This document shows, piece by piece, positions 1 through 10,344 of a stretch of DNA of 32,000 nt. Location: NCBI GenBank assembly GCA_000217635.1, contig CP001817.1, positions 300,001 to 332,000 of the forward strand. The letters run 5' to 3'. This DNA is from Candidatus Saccharimonadota bacterium. GTDB lineage: Bacteria > Pseudomonadota > Gammaproteobacteria > Enterobacterales > Enterobacteriaceae. Each line of letters opens with the position of its first letter. The first letter of the stretch is position 1. A program made the position numbers and the translations under genes. The notes beneath the pieces were generated by a model. It saw only the letters and a program-made list of their open reading frames with translations. It did no database searches and was not told where the DNA came from.

Positions 1-110
1 AAAGTAGAATAATCAATATCATTCATATTAATATTACGTGAACTTAAATTTTGAAATAAAGATATTATTACCATACCTACAACAAACCATAAAATAAAGT
101 TTTTAATCAT
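1..110 (-). CDS. ftsH: ATP-dependent zinc metalloprotease FtsH, first 36 codons only (gene runs off the left edge)
   Basis: Reverse-strand ATG at 110-108 is followed by MIKNFILWFVVGMVIISLFQNLSSRNINMNDIDYST. This is colinear with the E. coli FtsH N-terminus (MAKNLILWLVIAVVLMSVFQSF...VDYSTF). It lies directly downstream of rlmE, as in the E. coli rlmE-ftsH operon. It is too short and partial to appear in the ORF track. Confidence 0.8.
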   Translation of the reverse strand, partial: MIKNFILWFVVGMVIISLFQNLSSRNINMNDIDYST

Positions 111-236
111 GTCACTCAAAAGATAACCTCACATTACAATATGTATTAAAAAAATAGAAATATTAAATTCTACGCCTATAAGCTATAATAAATATTTCAC
201 GAGAATTAATTCGTGATGAATTTGGTTTAAAAATTT

Positions 237-791
237 TTATTTTAAAAAAATATCATTAATTTTCTTTATGTATTGATTAAACCCATCTCCTTGAAAAAGT
301 TTAATAATAAAATATCCATTTTTTGAAAGTAAAATATTTGCTATCGAAATAGCAATATCACTTAAATAAAAAGATCTAGCATTATCAACAACTGAACATC
401 CACTGATATTTGGAGACATATCAGATACAATTGCATTCCAATAATATCGTTTTGAAATAGAAATAATCTTTTTAAAAATAGATTTATTAGAAACATCACC
501 CTGTAAAAATATTACCCTTTTTAAGGGTTTTATTGGTATAAGATCGCATGCAAGAATATGACCTGATTGTCCGATTTTTTCTTGTAAATATTCACACCAT
601 CCTCCAGGAGCAGCACCTAAATCAATTATATTCATACCTTTTTGAAAAATATTATATTTTTTATCTATTTCTTTTATTTTAAACCAAGAACGAGATCTTA
701 ATTTTTTAATATTTCTTTTTTTAATATATAAATCATGAAAATTTCTATGTAACCAGTTTCCTGAACTCTTACTTTTAGTATGACGTTTCAT
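237..791 (-). CDS. rlmE: 23S rRNA 2'-O-ribose U2552 methyltransferase RlmE (FtsJ); as read it is truncated at 184 aa, and the conserved C-terminus continues in the -1 frame down to 163
   Basis: The ORF product contains WFKIKEID...DLGAAPGGWCEYL...VSDMSPNISG...KLFQGDGF, colinear with E. coli RlmE. The SAM-binding motif DLGAAPGGW is present. See the finding on the frameshift at 244-250. Confidence 0.93.
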   Translation of the reverse strand: MKRHTKSKSSGNWLHRNFHDLYIKKRNIKKLRSRSWFKIKEIDKKYNIFQKGMNIIDLGAAPGGWCEYLQEKIGQSGHILACDLIPIKPLKRVIFLQGDVSNKSIFKKIISISKRYYWNAIVSDMSPNISGCSVVDNARSFYLSDIAISIANILLSKNGYFIIKLFQGDGFNQYIKKINDIFLK

Positions 792-1030
792 ATTTATTTA
801 TATGTAAAGAGTTAAAAAAAATATAAATTTAAAATATTTTTAAATTTTAAAAATATTTAAAAAATATATAATTTATTTTAAAAATATTTTAAAATAAAAT
901 AAGAAATTAAAAAAAATATAAAATTTTTTAAAAAAAAATATATGTTATTTAAACATTCTAATATAATAATAATCGCGATAATTTCATTAATTAGTATTTA
1001 TTAATATTTTTATAAAAAATATATTTTTTA

Positions 1031-1510
1031 TTAAATATATTCTATTTTAATAATTAAATATTGTATTAATCCGGAAGGAGTTTTAATTTTCACTATATCG
1101 CCATTTTTTTTTCCAATAAGGCCTCTAGACATTGGTGAATAAATAGAAATTGAATTTTCCTTAAGATTAGCTTCATCATCTCCTACAATTGTATATTTAA
1201 ATATATTATCTGTACAGGTCTGTAAAATAGTTACAGTTGCTCCAAAAATTACTACATTACGGAATAATATTTTTTTAACATTAATTACTTGCGCTCGCGA
1301 TAATGTTGTTTCAATTCGTCTAATTTTATTTTCACAAAAACTTTGTTCTTCTCTTGCAGCATGATATTCAGCATTTTCTTTAAGATCTCCTAATTGACGC
1401 GCTTCTGCAATAGCATTAATAATACTAGGTCTTATAATATTTTTTAATTTTTTTAATTCCTTTTTCAATTTATTAAAGCCTTTTAATGTCATAGGAATAT
1501 AACTAGTCAC
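1031..1510 (-). CDS. greA: Transcription elongation factor GreA
   Basis: The 159-aa product is colinear with E. coli GreA (IPMTL.G...AIAEAR..GDLKENAEYHAAREEQ...IVGDDEA). It has a GTG start at 1510-1508, preceded by a GAGGT Shine-Dalgarno 6 nt upstream (reverse complement of 1517-1521). Confidence 0.95.
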   Translation of the reverse strand: MTSYIPMTLKGFNKLKKELKKLKNIIRPSIINAIAEARQLGDLKENAEYHAAREEQSFCENKIRRIETTLSRAQVINVKKILFRNVVIFGATVTILQTCTDNIFKYTIVGDDEANLKENSISIYSPMSRGLIGKKNGDIVKIKTPSGLIQYLIIKIEYI

Positions 1511-3011
1511 ATTGGTACCTCACTATAAAAAACTATATTATTAAATTATATTATGATAATTTTAAAAAAATATATATTTTAATAAAAACTAATAAATAAA
1601 CATATAAATAATGCAATTAATCTATAGTGTTTCTTAAAATTTTTTTATAAAAAACAAAAACTTTTATTTTTAACGTTTTATTTAAAAATTCATATAAAAT
1701 AATTCTATGTCTTTAAAGAACAAATCTTAAAAATATAATTAAATAATAAAAAAAAGTAATTATTTTTATTTTAAAAAATATTTCTTTATATATAGAAATT
1801 ATATTATAATCACAATATACTATTGTATATAATTTAATTATCTAGAAAAATAGATAATAAAAAATAAAAAAATTATTATTTTTAAATATTAATTTAAAAA
1901 TGCGCTATAATTAATAAAAAATTTATCTATTTCATCACTAATTAAAAATTTATTTATATTATTAAAAAGAAAATTATCGTATGAAATACAAAAATCGAAA
2001 TATTATTAAAAAAAAATTAAAATTACATAAAATATTTATTGAAGGAACAGAAAAAAATATAACAATTACCGCAATTGGAGATATTTTTATGAATATTAAT
2101 TCTGTCAAAAAACAACAATTAATATATTCACCACTTATGGTATATTTTAAAAAAAATAATCATTCATGCAATAAATATTAAAACATATACAATTTCAGAA
2201 TGGAATAAAACATGTACTGTGATTTAAATTAGTAATAATTACTTTGTTTACATTATAATAAAAAATATATAAAAATTTATTAACATAAAAATACATAAGT
2301 TATATGGTATCAAAATTTATATATGTATCCAATTTTTAAAAATTTACTTAGTTAAATTAGATATATTTTATATTTAAATATATATATATTTAATTTTAAT
2401 AAATATATAAAAAAGCAACATGAAGAATTACATAAAATCCTAAATATATAAAATTTAAAATTAATAAATATTGAATAAAAAAACAAAAAAATCTTTTATA
2501 TTTTATATATATAAAAGTATATTTATATTATTGAATAAAAATTAAATATAATGAATACTTAAAATAAAAAAGATTAATTAATATTTCATATAATTAAATA
2601 TATTTAAAAAAAATTTAAATTATTTAAACTAAAATATAGAATTTTTCTAAAATAAAATATTTATCCAAATAATTTAGAATAAATATAACAATCATACAAT
2701 CTTTGCAAAAAAAAATATAAAACTTAATCATAATCAATTATTATTAATATAATAATATCAATTATTATAATAAAAATTATAATAACATCTAAAAAATAAA
2801 AAATTTTGATTTTAATCGTATTTAATAAAAAAAAAATCAAAATAATAGTACGTTTTATTATATATAAAAATATATATATAAAAATAACTAATCAAAAATT
2901 CAAGATTTTATACATTATAATATTGAAAGAAATACTTATTTTATAATAACATCATTATATTTTATTTAATAAATATTTTTAATAAAAATAATTACATTGG
3001 AATGTACTATT

Positions 3012-3326
3012 ATGTACGCAATATTAATAGACAGAAATAAGCAATATAAAATAAGATGTGGTGAAATAATTAGACTTGAAAAAAATAAAAATGGATATAG
3101 GAAAAAAATAATATTCAACACAATTATTTTATTTTCAAACAATGGAAATATCCAACTTGGACAACCTATTTTAAATAATATATTAATTGAAGGTTGTATA
3201 AAAAACCATGGAAGAAATAAAAAAATTAAAATTATTAAATTTAATCGTCGAAAACATTATAAAAAAACTCAGGGTCACAGACAACATTATACAGATATAT
3301 CTATAAACAATATAATTATCAAATAA
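3012..3326 (+). CDS. rplU: 50S ribosomal protein L21
   Basis: From ATG 3012 the product [24 protein letters not shown]...[24 protein letters not shown] matches E. coli L21 (MYAVFQSGGKQHRV...[21 protein letters not shown]) in sequence and length. The TTG at 2997 in the ORF track adds 5 unsupported codons. Confidence 0.93.
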   Translation: MYAILIDRNKQYKIRCGEIIRLEKNKNGYRKKIIFNTIILFSNNGNIQLGQPILNNILIEGCIKNHGRNKKIKIIKFNRRKHYKKTQGHRQHYTDISINNIIIK

Positions 3327-3338
3327 AAGAAAAAAAAT

Positions 3339-3563
3339 ATGGCACATAAAAAAGCAGGCGGATCATCCCGCAATGGAAGAGATTCAAAATCCAAAAGATT
3401 AGGAGTAAAAAAATATTCTGGAGAATTTGTATATTCAGGAAATATTATTATAAAACAAAGAGGTACAAAATTTCATCCCGGATTTAATGTAAAATGCGGA
3501 AAAGACCATACATTATTCGCAGTTACTAATGGACATATAAAATTTGAAAAAAAGGAAGAATAA
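3339..3563 (+). CDS. rpmA: 50S ribosomal protein L27; as read 74 aa, with the L27-like C-terminus continuing in the -1 frame to 3589
   Basis: [28 protein letters not shown]...[19 protein letters not shown] is near-identical to E. coli L27. It lies immediately downstream of rplU, as in the rplU-rpmA operon. Confidence 0.95.
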   Translation: MAHKKAGGSSRNGRDSKSKRLGVKKYSGEFVYSGNIIIKQRGTKFHPGFNVKCGKDHTLFAVTNGHIKFEKKEE

Positions 3564-3689
3564 AAAAAACATACGTACATGTTTTATAAAAATATTTAAA
3601 AATTAAAAATTTTATAAAAATTAATTAAGTTGTTTTAATAAATAAAATATATTTTTTAAAAATATAATTTTTTTAAGAGAAATAAATAA

Positions 3690-4646
<957 letters not shown>

Positions 4647-4849
4647 GCACTCAAAAAGTATGTAAAAAAATAAAAGAATATTTATATAAAAAACCTTTAA
4701 AATAAATATATTAAAACGACAAAAGTTAATAATATTATTTTTTATACATATTTAAAATTTATATGTTTAAACTTAATACATAACAATAATATTATTTAAG
4801 TTATTTGTTTAAAAAAATTATCCATCATTATAAAATATTTTTTTATTAT

Positions 4850-4887
4850 AAAAAAACCCGGAGTAATTTTCCCGGGTTCTATTTTTT
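4850..4887. terminator. Bidirectional rho-independent terminator between convergent obgE and rpsI
   Basis: AACCCGG (4855-4861) pairs with CCGGGTT (4872-4878) across a 10-nt loop. An A7 run (4850-4856) lies on one side and a T6 run (4882-4887) on the other, so a U-tract follows the stem on either strand. It is a GC-rich island in AT-rich spacer. Confidence 0.75.
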
Positions 4888-4902
4888 AAATAAAATTATA
4901 AA

Positions 4903-5298
4903 TTATCGTTTAGAAAACTGAGGTTTTTTTCTAGCTTTTCGTAACCCAAATTTTTTACGTTCTACTTGTCGCGAATCTCGAGTTACAAAACCAGCTCCCC
5001 GTAAATTAATTCTTAATGTATTATCATATTTCATTAATACACGAGTGATACCTTGACGAATAGCTCCTGCTTGACCAGATATTCCTCCACCTTTCACAGT
5101 AATATAAAAATCAAATTTATTTAACATATTAACTAATTCTAGAGGTTGCTTAACTATCATACATGCCGTTTCTCTACTGAAATATTTTTCTAAAGAACGT
5201 TTATTAATTATAATATTTCCTGTTCCTATACGTAAGAAAATACGTGCAGACGAACATTTACGACGACCTGTTCCATAATGAATTATATCTGTTGCCAT
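4903..5298 (-). CDS. rpsI: 30S ribosomal protein S9
   Basis: The 131-aa product ...YYGTGRRK.S.AR...[16 protein letters not shown]...[18 protein letters not shown] is colinear with E. coli S9. Confidence 0.96.
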   Translation of the reverse strand: MATDIIHYGTGRRKCSSARIFLRIGTGNIIINKRSLEKYFSRETACMIVKQPLELVNMLNKFDFYITVKGGGISGQAGAIRQGITRVLMKYDNTLRINLRGAGFVTRDSRQVERKKFGLRKARKKPQFSKR

Positions 5299-5328
5299 AG
5301 TGTTTTTAGAAATCCTTAATTTATTACG

Positions 5329-5757
5329 TTATATATCTAAAAATATTGGTTTTTGTGCAATATGAGTATGTTCATTTAATGAAAATACCTTCATTTTTTT
5401 AAACATTAAACGACCAAGAGTCCCTTTAGGTAACATACCTTTTACTGCTCTTTGTATAACACGCTCTGGATAATTTAACATCATATATTTTAAATTAAAT
5501 TGTTTTAATCCTCCTACATATCCTGTATGATGATAATATTTTTTGTCAACATATTTTTTTCCAGTAACAATTATCTTTGAAGCATTAAGAACTATGATAT
5601 AATCCCCGGTGTCTATATGTGGAGTATATTCTGGTTTATGTTTACCCCGTAAACGTCTTGCAATTTCTGTAGCAAATCGTCCTAAAATTTTATTAGTTCC
5701 GTCCACATAATACCAACACCTTGTAACGTTTTCAGCATTTATTGAAAAGCTTTTCAT
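5329..5757 (-). CDS. rplM: 50S ribosomal protein L13
   Basis: The 142-aa product ...[33 protein letters not shown]...YYHHTGY.GG.K...[12 protein letters not shown] is colinear with E. coli L13. It lies upstream of rpsI, as in the rplM-rpsI operon. Confidence 0.96.
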   Translation of the reverse strand: MKSFSINAENVTRCWYYVDGTNKILGRFATEIARRLRGKHKPEYTPHIDTGDYIIVLNASKIIVTGKKYVDKKYYHHTGYVGGLKQFNLKYMMLNYPERVIQRAVKGMLPKGTLGRLMFKKMKVFSLNEHTHIAQKPIFLDI

Positions 5758-6045
5758 AAAAAATTACCTATAATAGAAATTAATTAATAAAATTATAAAA
5801 GAAAAATTCAAGAATATTTAAAAAATAAATTTAATAAGACTCTTAAAAAATTTTATTTTTAATATAAAATATCGTATATATTATTTAATATTAACAAAAC
5901 ATTTTTATAAAAAATTTTAAATTTTCTTATTAACTATTTTTGTTAAATCGTATTATTATGTAATATTATAAATATTTATAATATTTTCATTTCAAAATAA
6001 ATAATCCATTACTCACTATAATGTATTAACATGAGATATACATAA

Positions 6046-7206
6046 ATGAATAAAAAAAATATCTTAGAATTGTTACGAAACAGAATAAACTATATTGATC
6101 AAAAAATAATTGTTTTATTAAGCCAACGACAATCATTATCTATAGATATAGCGAATAAAAAAATAAGATACGGATTAAAAATCCGTGATTCCATTCGTGA
6201 AAATTTATTATTAAAAAAATTATATACAATATGCATAAAAAATAATATTAATTATCAATATATTATAAAAATATTTAATATTATAATTGATGATTCAGTA
6301 AAAATACAAAAAGAATGGACTAATGTCTTTAATCAATTAAATACTAATAAAAAAAAATTATGTTGTGCAGTCTTAGGACCACAAGGATCATACTCTAATC
6401 TTACATTTAATACCTTATTAAAACAAAAAAATTTTTTTCTTAAAGAATATGAATGTTCTACATTTTCATCTATTATGGACAATTTAAACAATAACATCTG
6501 TCAATTTGCTTTATTACCTATTAAAAATAGTATTGCCGGTATTATTCCTGAAACCTATGAAATACTACAAAAAAAAAATCTATATATTATTAAAGAAATT
6601 TATGTGAATATTAAACATAGCTTACTTGTACTAAAAGGTACTTATTTTTCTGAAATTAATAAAATATATACTCATATACAACCGTTTCAGCAATGTAAAA
6701 AATTTATAAAAAATTTTACTCATTGGAAAATAAATTACACTAATAGTTCTGCAAATGCTATGAAAAAAATCTCCTTAAAAAAAGACAATACATTAGCAGC
6801 CATTGGACATAAAATAGGAGGAAAAATTTATAAACTTCAAGAAATTGCTAAAAATCTTTCTAATAGCTCAGATAATATCACTCGATTCATATTATTATCA
6901 ACAAAACTAAATAAAAATATTCAAAATCAAAAATCAAAAACTACATTTTTTGTAAAGTTTATAAAACAAAACATAAATATAAATGAAATAATAAATATTT
7001 TTAAAAAACAGAATCTTGAAGTTACAAATATTACTTGGACTTTTGATATTAAAAATAAAGATAAAAAAATATATTATTTTGATATTAATACAATAATTGA
7101 TAATCAATTATTATTTCATTACTTAAAAAAAATTCAAAAAAACATCTATTGTATAAATATATTAGGATCTTATCCCATTGAAAATAATGCTATTAATATA
7201 GAATAA
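6046..7206 (+). CDS. pheA: Bifunctional chorismate mutase / prephenate dehydratase (P-protein)
   Basis: The 386-aa product has the same length as E. coli PheA. The chorismate mutase domain is present (LR.RI..ID.KI..LL..R..L...IA..K......RD..RE). The dehydratase core is present (LGPQGSYS...LLPI.NS..G.I...Y...THIQPFQQCKKF...HWKI.YT.S.A.AM). The regulatory-domain motifs are diverged (see finding). Confidence 0.93.
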   Translation: MNKKNILELLRNRINYIDQKIIVLLSQRQSLSIDIANKKIRYGLKIRDSIRENLLLKKLYTICIKNNINYQYIIKIFNIIIDDSVKIQKEWTNVFNQLNTNKKKLCCAVLGPQGSYSNLTFNTLLKQKNFFLKEYECSTFSSIMDNLNNNICQFALLPIKNSIAGIIPETYEILQKKNLYIIKEIYVNIKHSLLVLKGTYFSEINKIYTHIQPFQQCKKFIKNFTHWKINYTNSSANAMKKISLKKDNTLAAIGHKIGGKIYKLQEIAKNLSNSSDNITRFILLSTKLNKNIQNQKSKTTFFVKFIKQNININEIINIFKKQNLEVTNITWTFDIKNKDKKIYYFDINTIIDNQLLFHYLKKIQKNIYCINILGSYPIENNAINIE

Positions 7207-7355
7207 ATTATCTAATAAGATTAGAAATTATATTATTAATTTATATATCTATTAATTTTATAATTTTCATAAAAAAATAAAAATTTTTTATTATTCTATA
7301 TAAAATAATTTTATTATAAATCCTTTAAATAATAAAGAAATTATAGGAACTTATA

Positions 7356-8696
7356 ATGTTTGAAAAATTAACAAAAAAATTAAATATATTTTTAAAAATA
7401 TTACACATCAAGGTTTTTAACAAAAAAAACATCAAAAATACATTATATAAAGTACGTTGTGCATTAATTAAATCTGATGTAGCACTAACTGTCATTGATT
7501 CTTTTTTGCGACTCAATAAAAAAAAATCATTAGGCAGTGCAATAAATAAAGATTTAACACCTGGTCAAACATTAATAAAAATTATATTTAACGAATTAGT
7601 TAACATTATGGGTAAAAAAAATGAAAAATTTAATTTATTAAATAAAAATCTTACTATAGGTATGATCATCGGTTTACAGGGAACAGGAAAAACAACGAGC
7701 ATTGCAAAATTATCATATTATTTAAATAAAAAAACAAAAAAAATACTAGTTACCTCAATTGACATATATAGACCGGCAGCCATTACACAATTAGAAGTGC
7801 TAATTAAAAAGACCGGAGCCCATTTTTTTCCTTCAGATAGTTTTAATAAACCAATTAATATTGTTAAATTAGCTATAAAATATGCAATAAAAAATTCTTA
7901 TGATCTATTATTAATAGATACTCCGGGTACTTTACATACAGATCAATTAAAAATTAAAGAATTACAAAAAATATCTAAATATATTAATCCTACAGAAACA
8001 TTGTTAGTAGTTGATTCTATGACAGGACAGGATGCTATTAATTCTATCAAAAAATTTAATAAATATTTTATTCTATCAGGATTAATTTTAACTAAATTAG
8101 ATAGCGATACACGAGGAGGGATTGCTTTATCAATAAAACAATTAACTAAAAAATCAATAAAATATATCGGTACCGGCGAAAAAATCCATGATCTACAAAA
8201 ATTTTATCCCGAAAGAATTGCAAAAAGAATCTTAGGAATGGACGATATATTATCAATTATTGAAAAAATAAAAATCCAAATAAATGATAAAGATTCAAAA
8301 AAATTAAAAGAAACGATAAAGAAAAAAGAAAATTTTAATTTAAATGATTTTTTAATTCAAATTAAACAAATTCAAAAAATAGAAGGGATTACCTCCTTGT
8401 TAAATCACTTTCCTTTAAATAAATTAATAAAAAAATCTTCCTTGTATAATATTGATAAAAAATCATTAATAAAAATCGAAGCTATGATTAATTCAATGAC
8501 AAAAAAAGAAAAAGAAAATCCTAATATTATTAAGGGATCACGGAAAAAAAGAATTTCATTAGGTTCTGGAATAACACGACAAGAAATAAATATTTATTTA
8601 AAACAATTTGAAAATATTAAAAAAATTATGAATCAAATAACAAAAAAAAGACCTAATAAAATATTTCAACACATAAAAAACTATTTTATAAAATAA
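7356..8696 (+). CDS. ffh: Signal recognition particle protein Ffh
   Basis: The 446-aa product is colinear with E. coli Ffh: MFE.LT..L, LTPGQ, GLQGTGKTTS, YRPAAI.QLE, TKLDSDTRGG, RILGM.D.LS.IE, IIKGSRK.RI..GSG. Confidence 0.95.
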   Translation: MFEKLTKKLNIFLKILHIKVFNKKNIKNTLYKVRCALIKSDVALTVIDSFLRLNKKKSLGSAINKDLTPGQTLIKIIFNELVNIMGKKNEKFNLLNKNLTIGMIIGLQGTGKTTSIAKLSYYLNKKTKKILVTSIDIYRPAAITQLEVLIKKTGAHFFPSDSFNKPINIVKLAIKYAIKNSYDLLLIDTPGTLHTDQLKIKELQKISKYINPTETLLVVDSMTGQDAINSIKKFNKYFILSGLILTKLDSDTRGGIALSIKQLTKKSIKYIGTGEKIHDLQKFYPERIAKRILGMDDILSIIEKIKIQINDKDSKKLKETIKKKENFNLNDFLIQIKQIQKIEGITSLLNHFPLNKLIKKSSLYNIDKKSLIKIEAMINSMTKKEKENPNIIKGSRKKRISLGSGITRQEINIYLKQFENIKKIMNQITKKRPNKIFQHIKNYFIK

Positions 8697-8796
8697 AAAA
8701 ATTTTTATTATTTTATTTATATTATGCCAAATAATATTGAAAATGATATACTGAATATATTATACTACAAACTAATTAAAATTTTTGGAAAAAAAA

Positions 8797-9051
8797 ATGA
8801 TTAAAATACGATTAGCTAGACATGGAGTAAAAAAAAAACCATTTTATCAAATTATAGTAGCCGATATACGATCAGCCCGTAATGGAAAATTTATTGAACG
8901 TCTTGGTTTCTTTAATCCTTTTGCAAAAAATAATGATCAAAAAATTAAATTAGTTATAAAACGAATAAAATATTGGATCAAAAACGGAGCCAAAAAATCA
9001 AATCGAATAAATAATTTACTTAAACAATATAAACGAAAAACTATATCATAA
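8797..9051 (+). CDS. rpsP: 30S ribosomal protein S16
   Basis: From ATG 8797, MIKIRLARHGVKKKPFYQIIVADIRSARNGKFIERLGFFNP matches the E. coli S16 N-terminus ([41 protein letters not shown]). The TTG at 8785 in the track adds 4 unsupported codons. Confidence 0.95.
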   Translation: MIKIRLARHGVKKKPFYQIIVADIRSARNGKFIERLGFFNPFAKNNDQKIKLVIKRIKYWIKNGAKKSNRINNLLKQYKRKTIS

Positions 9052-9055
9052 GTAT

Positions 9056-9568
9056 ATGAAAAATAAAAAAATAACAGTAGGTAGAATTGATAATCCATAT
9101 GGTATTTTCGGATGGGTTCATATGATATCATTTACCGAAAAAAAAAAAAATATATTTAATTATTTTTCCATGAAATTAAATCCGTCAAACCGTGAATACC
9201 AAAAAAAAGATTTACTAAATTGGAAAAAACATGTAAAAAATTATATTATTCGCTTTAAAAATATTCATACTCGAACAGATGCTTATAATATTTCTAAACA
9301 AGATATCATTATTCAATCTAAACAATTACCAAATTTAAAAAAAAATGAATACTATTGGAATGATATTTTATCATGCAATATATATAATATTCATTCTCAA
9401 TGCTTAGGAACTGTTGTTAAAATTTTTGATAATATCTATTATGATGTTTTAGTTATCAATAGAAAAAATAGTCAAAATAATATTTTATATATACCGTTTA
9501 TAATCCCGGATATTATTAAAAAAATAGATCTTATAAAAAAAATAATTATTATAAAATGGATTACATAA
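9056..9568 (+). CDS. rimM: 16S rRNA processing protein RimM
   Basis: The 170-aa product G.I.NPYGI.GW......TE....IF.Y...QLP.L...EYYW.D...C...VL.I is colinear with E. coli RimM. It holds the operon position rpsP-rimM-trmD-rplS. It contains an in-frame A13 tract (9138-9150). Confidence 0.9.
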   Translation: MKNKKITVGRIDNPYGIFGWVHMISFTEKKKNIFNYFSMKLNPSNREYQKKDLLNWKKHVKNYIIRFKNIHTRTDAYNISKQDIIIQSKQLPNLKKNEYYWNDILSCNIYNIHSQCLGTVVKIFDNIYYDVLVINRKNSQNNILYIPFIIPDIIKKIDLIKKIIIIKWIT

Positions 9569-9593
9569 ATACTTTGATTATAAAGAAAAAAAT

Positions 9594-10310
9594 ATGATAG
9601 AATTCAGTGTTATTACAATTTTTCCGAGAATGTTTGATGCCATTTTAAATTACGGAATAACAAAACGTGCTATACAAAAAAAATGCATTAAAATAAATTT
9701 ATGGAATCCCCGTAATTTTAGTGATTATAATAATAAAAAAATAGATCATAAAATATATGGTGGTGGACCAGGAATGTTAATGATGTTTTTACCTTTATTT
9801 AAAACATTAAAAAATAAAAAAAAATCAAAAACATCTAATTTAGTTATATATTTAACTCCGCAAGGAAAAAAATTAAATCAAAGTTCCGTAAAATATTTTA
9901 ATAATCAAAAACACTTAATTTTTATTTGCGGACGTTATGAAGGAATTGATGAACGATTTATATACGCTCATGTAGACGAAGAATGGTCAGTCGGAGATTA
10001 TGTTTTAACAGGTGGAGAACTACCTGCCATGATTTTTATAGATTCTATTACTAGAACATTACCAGGTGTTTTAAATTCACCGAATTCTTTCATAGATGAA
10101 TCATTTTATTCTGGATTATTAGATTGTTCTCATTATACAAAACCAAGAAAAATTAATAATTTATCTGTACCATCTGTTTTATTATCTGGGCATCATCAAA
10201 ATATAAAAAAATGGAGATTAAAAAATGCATTAGAAAATACTAGGTTAAAAAAACCTAAACTAATAATAAAAAAAATAAACAAAAAAAATAATAATTTTTT
10301 ATATATATAA
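9594..10310 (+). CDS. trmD: tRNA (guanine37-N1)-methyltransferase TrmD
   Basis: The 238-aa product contains FP.MF.....YG...[46 protein letters not shown] and LLSG.H..I..WRL, as in E. coli TrmD. Confidence 0.95.
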   Translation: MIEFSVITIFPRMFDAILNYGITKRAIQKKCIKINLWNPRNFSDYNNKKIDHKIYGGGPGMLMMFLPLFKTLKNKKKSKTSNLVIYLTPQGKKLNQSSVKYFNNQKHLIFICGRYEGIDERFIYAHVDEEWSVGDYVLTGGELPAMIFIDSITRTLPGVLNSPNSFIDESFYSGLLDCSHYTKPRKINNLSVPSVLLSGHHQNIKKWRLKNALENTRLKKPKLIIKKINKKNNNFLYI

Positions 10311-10344
10311 AAAATTTATATATGATATAGGATATTATATTAAA

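Noticed and set aside
1901-1915. TGCGCTATAATTAAT as a dif/XerCD-like site (E. coli dif starts GGTGCGCATAATGTATATTATGTTAAAT)
   Set aside because: Only the TGCGC-ATAA portion is similar, and it carries an extra base. There is no recognisable XerD arm, and the window is not obviously at the replication terminus.
1981-2181. A 66-aa ORF in the greA-rplU desert as a real protein-coding gene
   Set aside because: It is Lys/Asn/Ile-rich low-complexity sequence with no Shine-Dalgarno sequence and no recognisable family. It is most likely a chance ORF or at best a gene relic (see finding).
6031-6045. A 4-codon mini-ORF (MRYT, stop abutting the pheA ATG) as a pheL-like attenuator leader
   Set aside because: It has no Phe codons, and no terminator/antiterminator structures occur upstream of pheA. 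The leader-peptide attenuator appears to be absent.
7400-7440. A possible short compensated frameshift in the ffh N-terminus (the alternative frame gives RFLTKK versus E. coli GRLTED)
   Set aside because: Only two extra identities (L-T) are gained, and the region is low-complexity. This is not distinguishable from chance.
7325-7516. A 63-aa minus-strand ORF overlapping the ffh start
   Set aside because: It is antisense to a well-supported gene, with hydrophobic low-complexity content. This is a typical shadow ORF.
8937-9131. A 64-aa minus-strand ORF across the rpsP/rimM junction
   Set aside because: It is an antisense shadow ORF with no homology signal.
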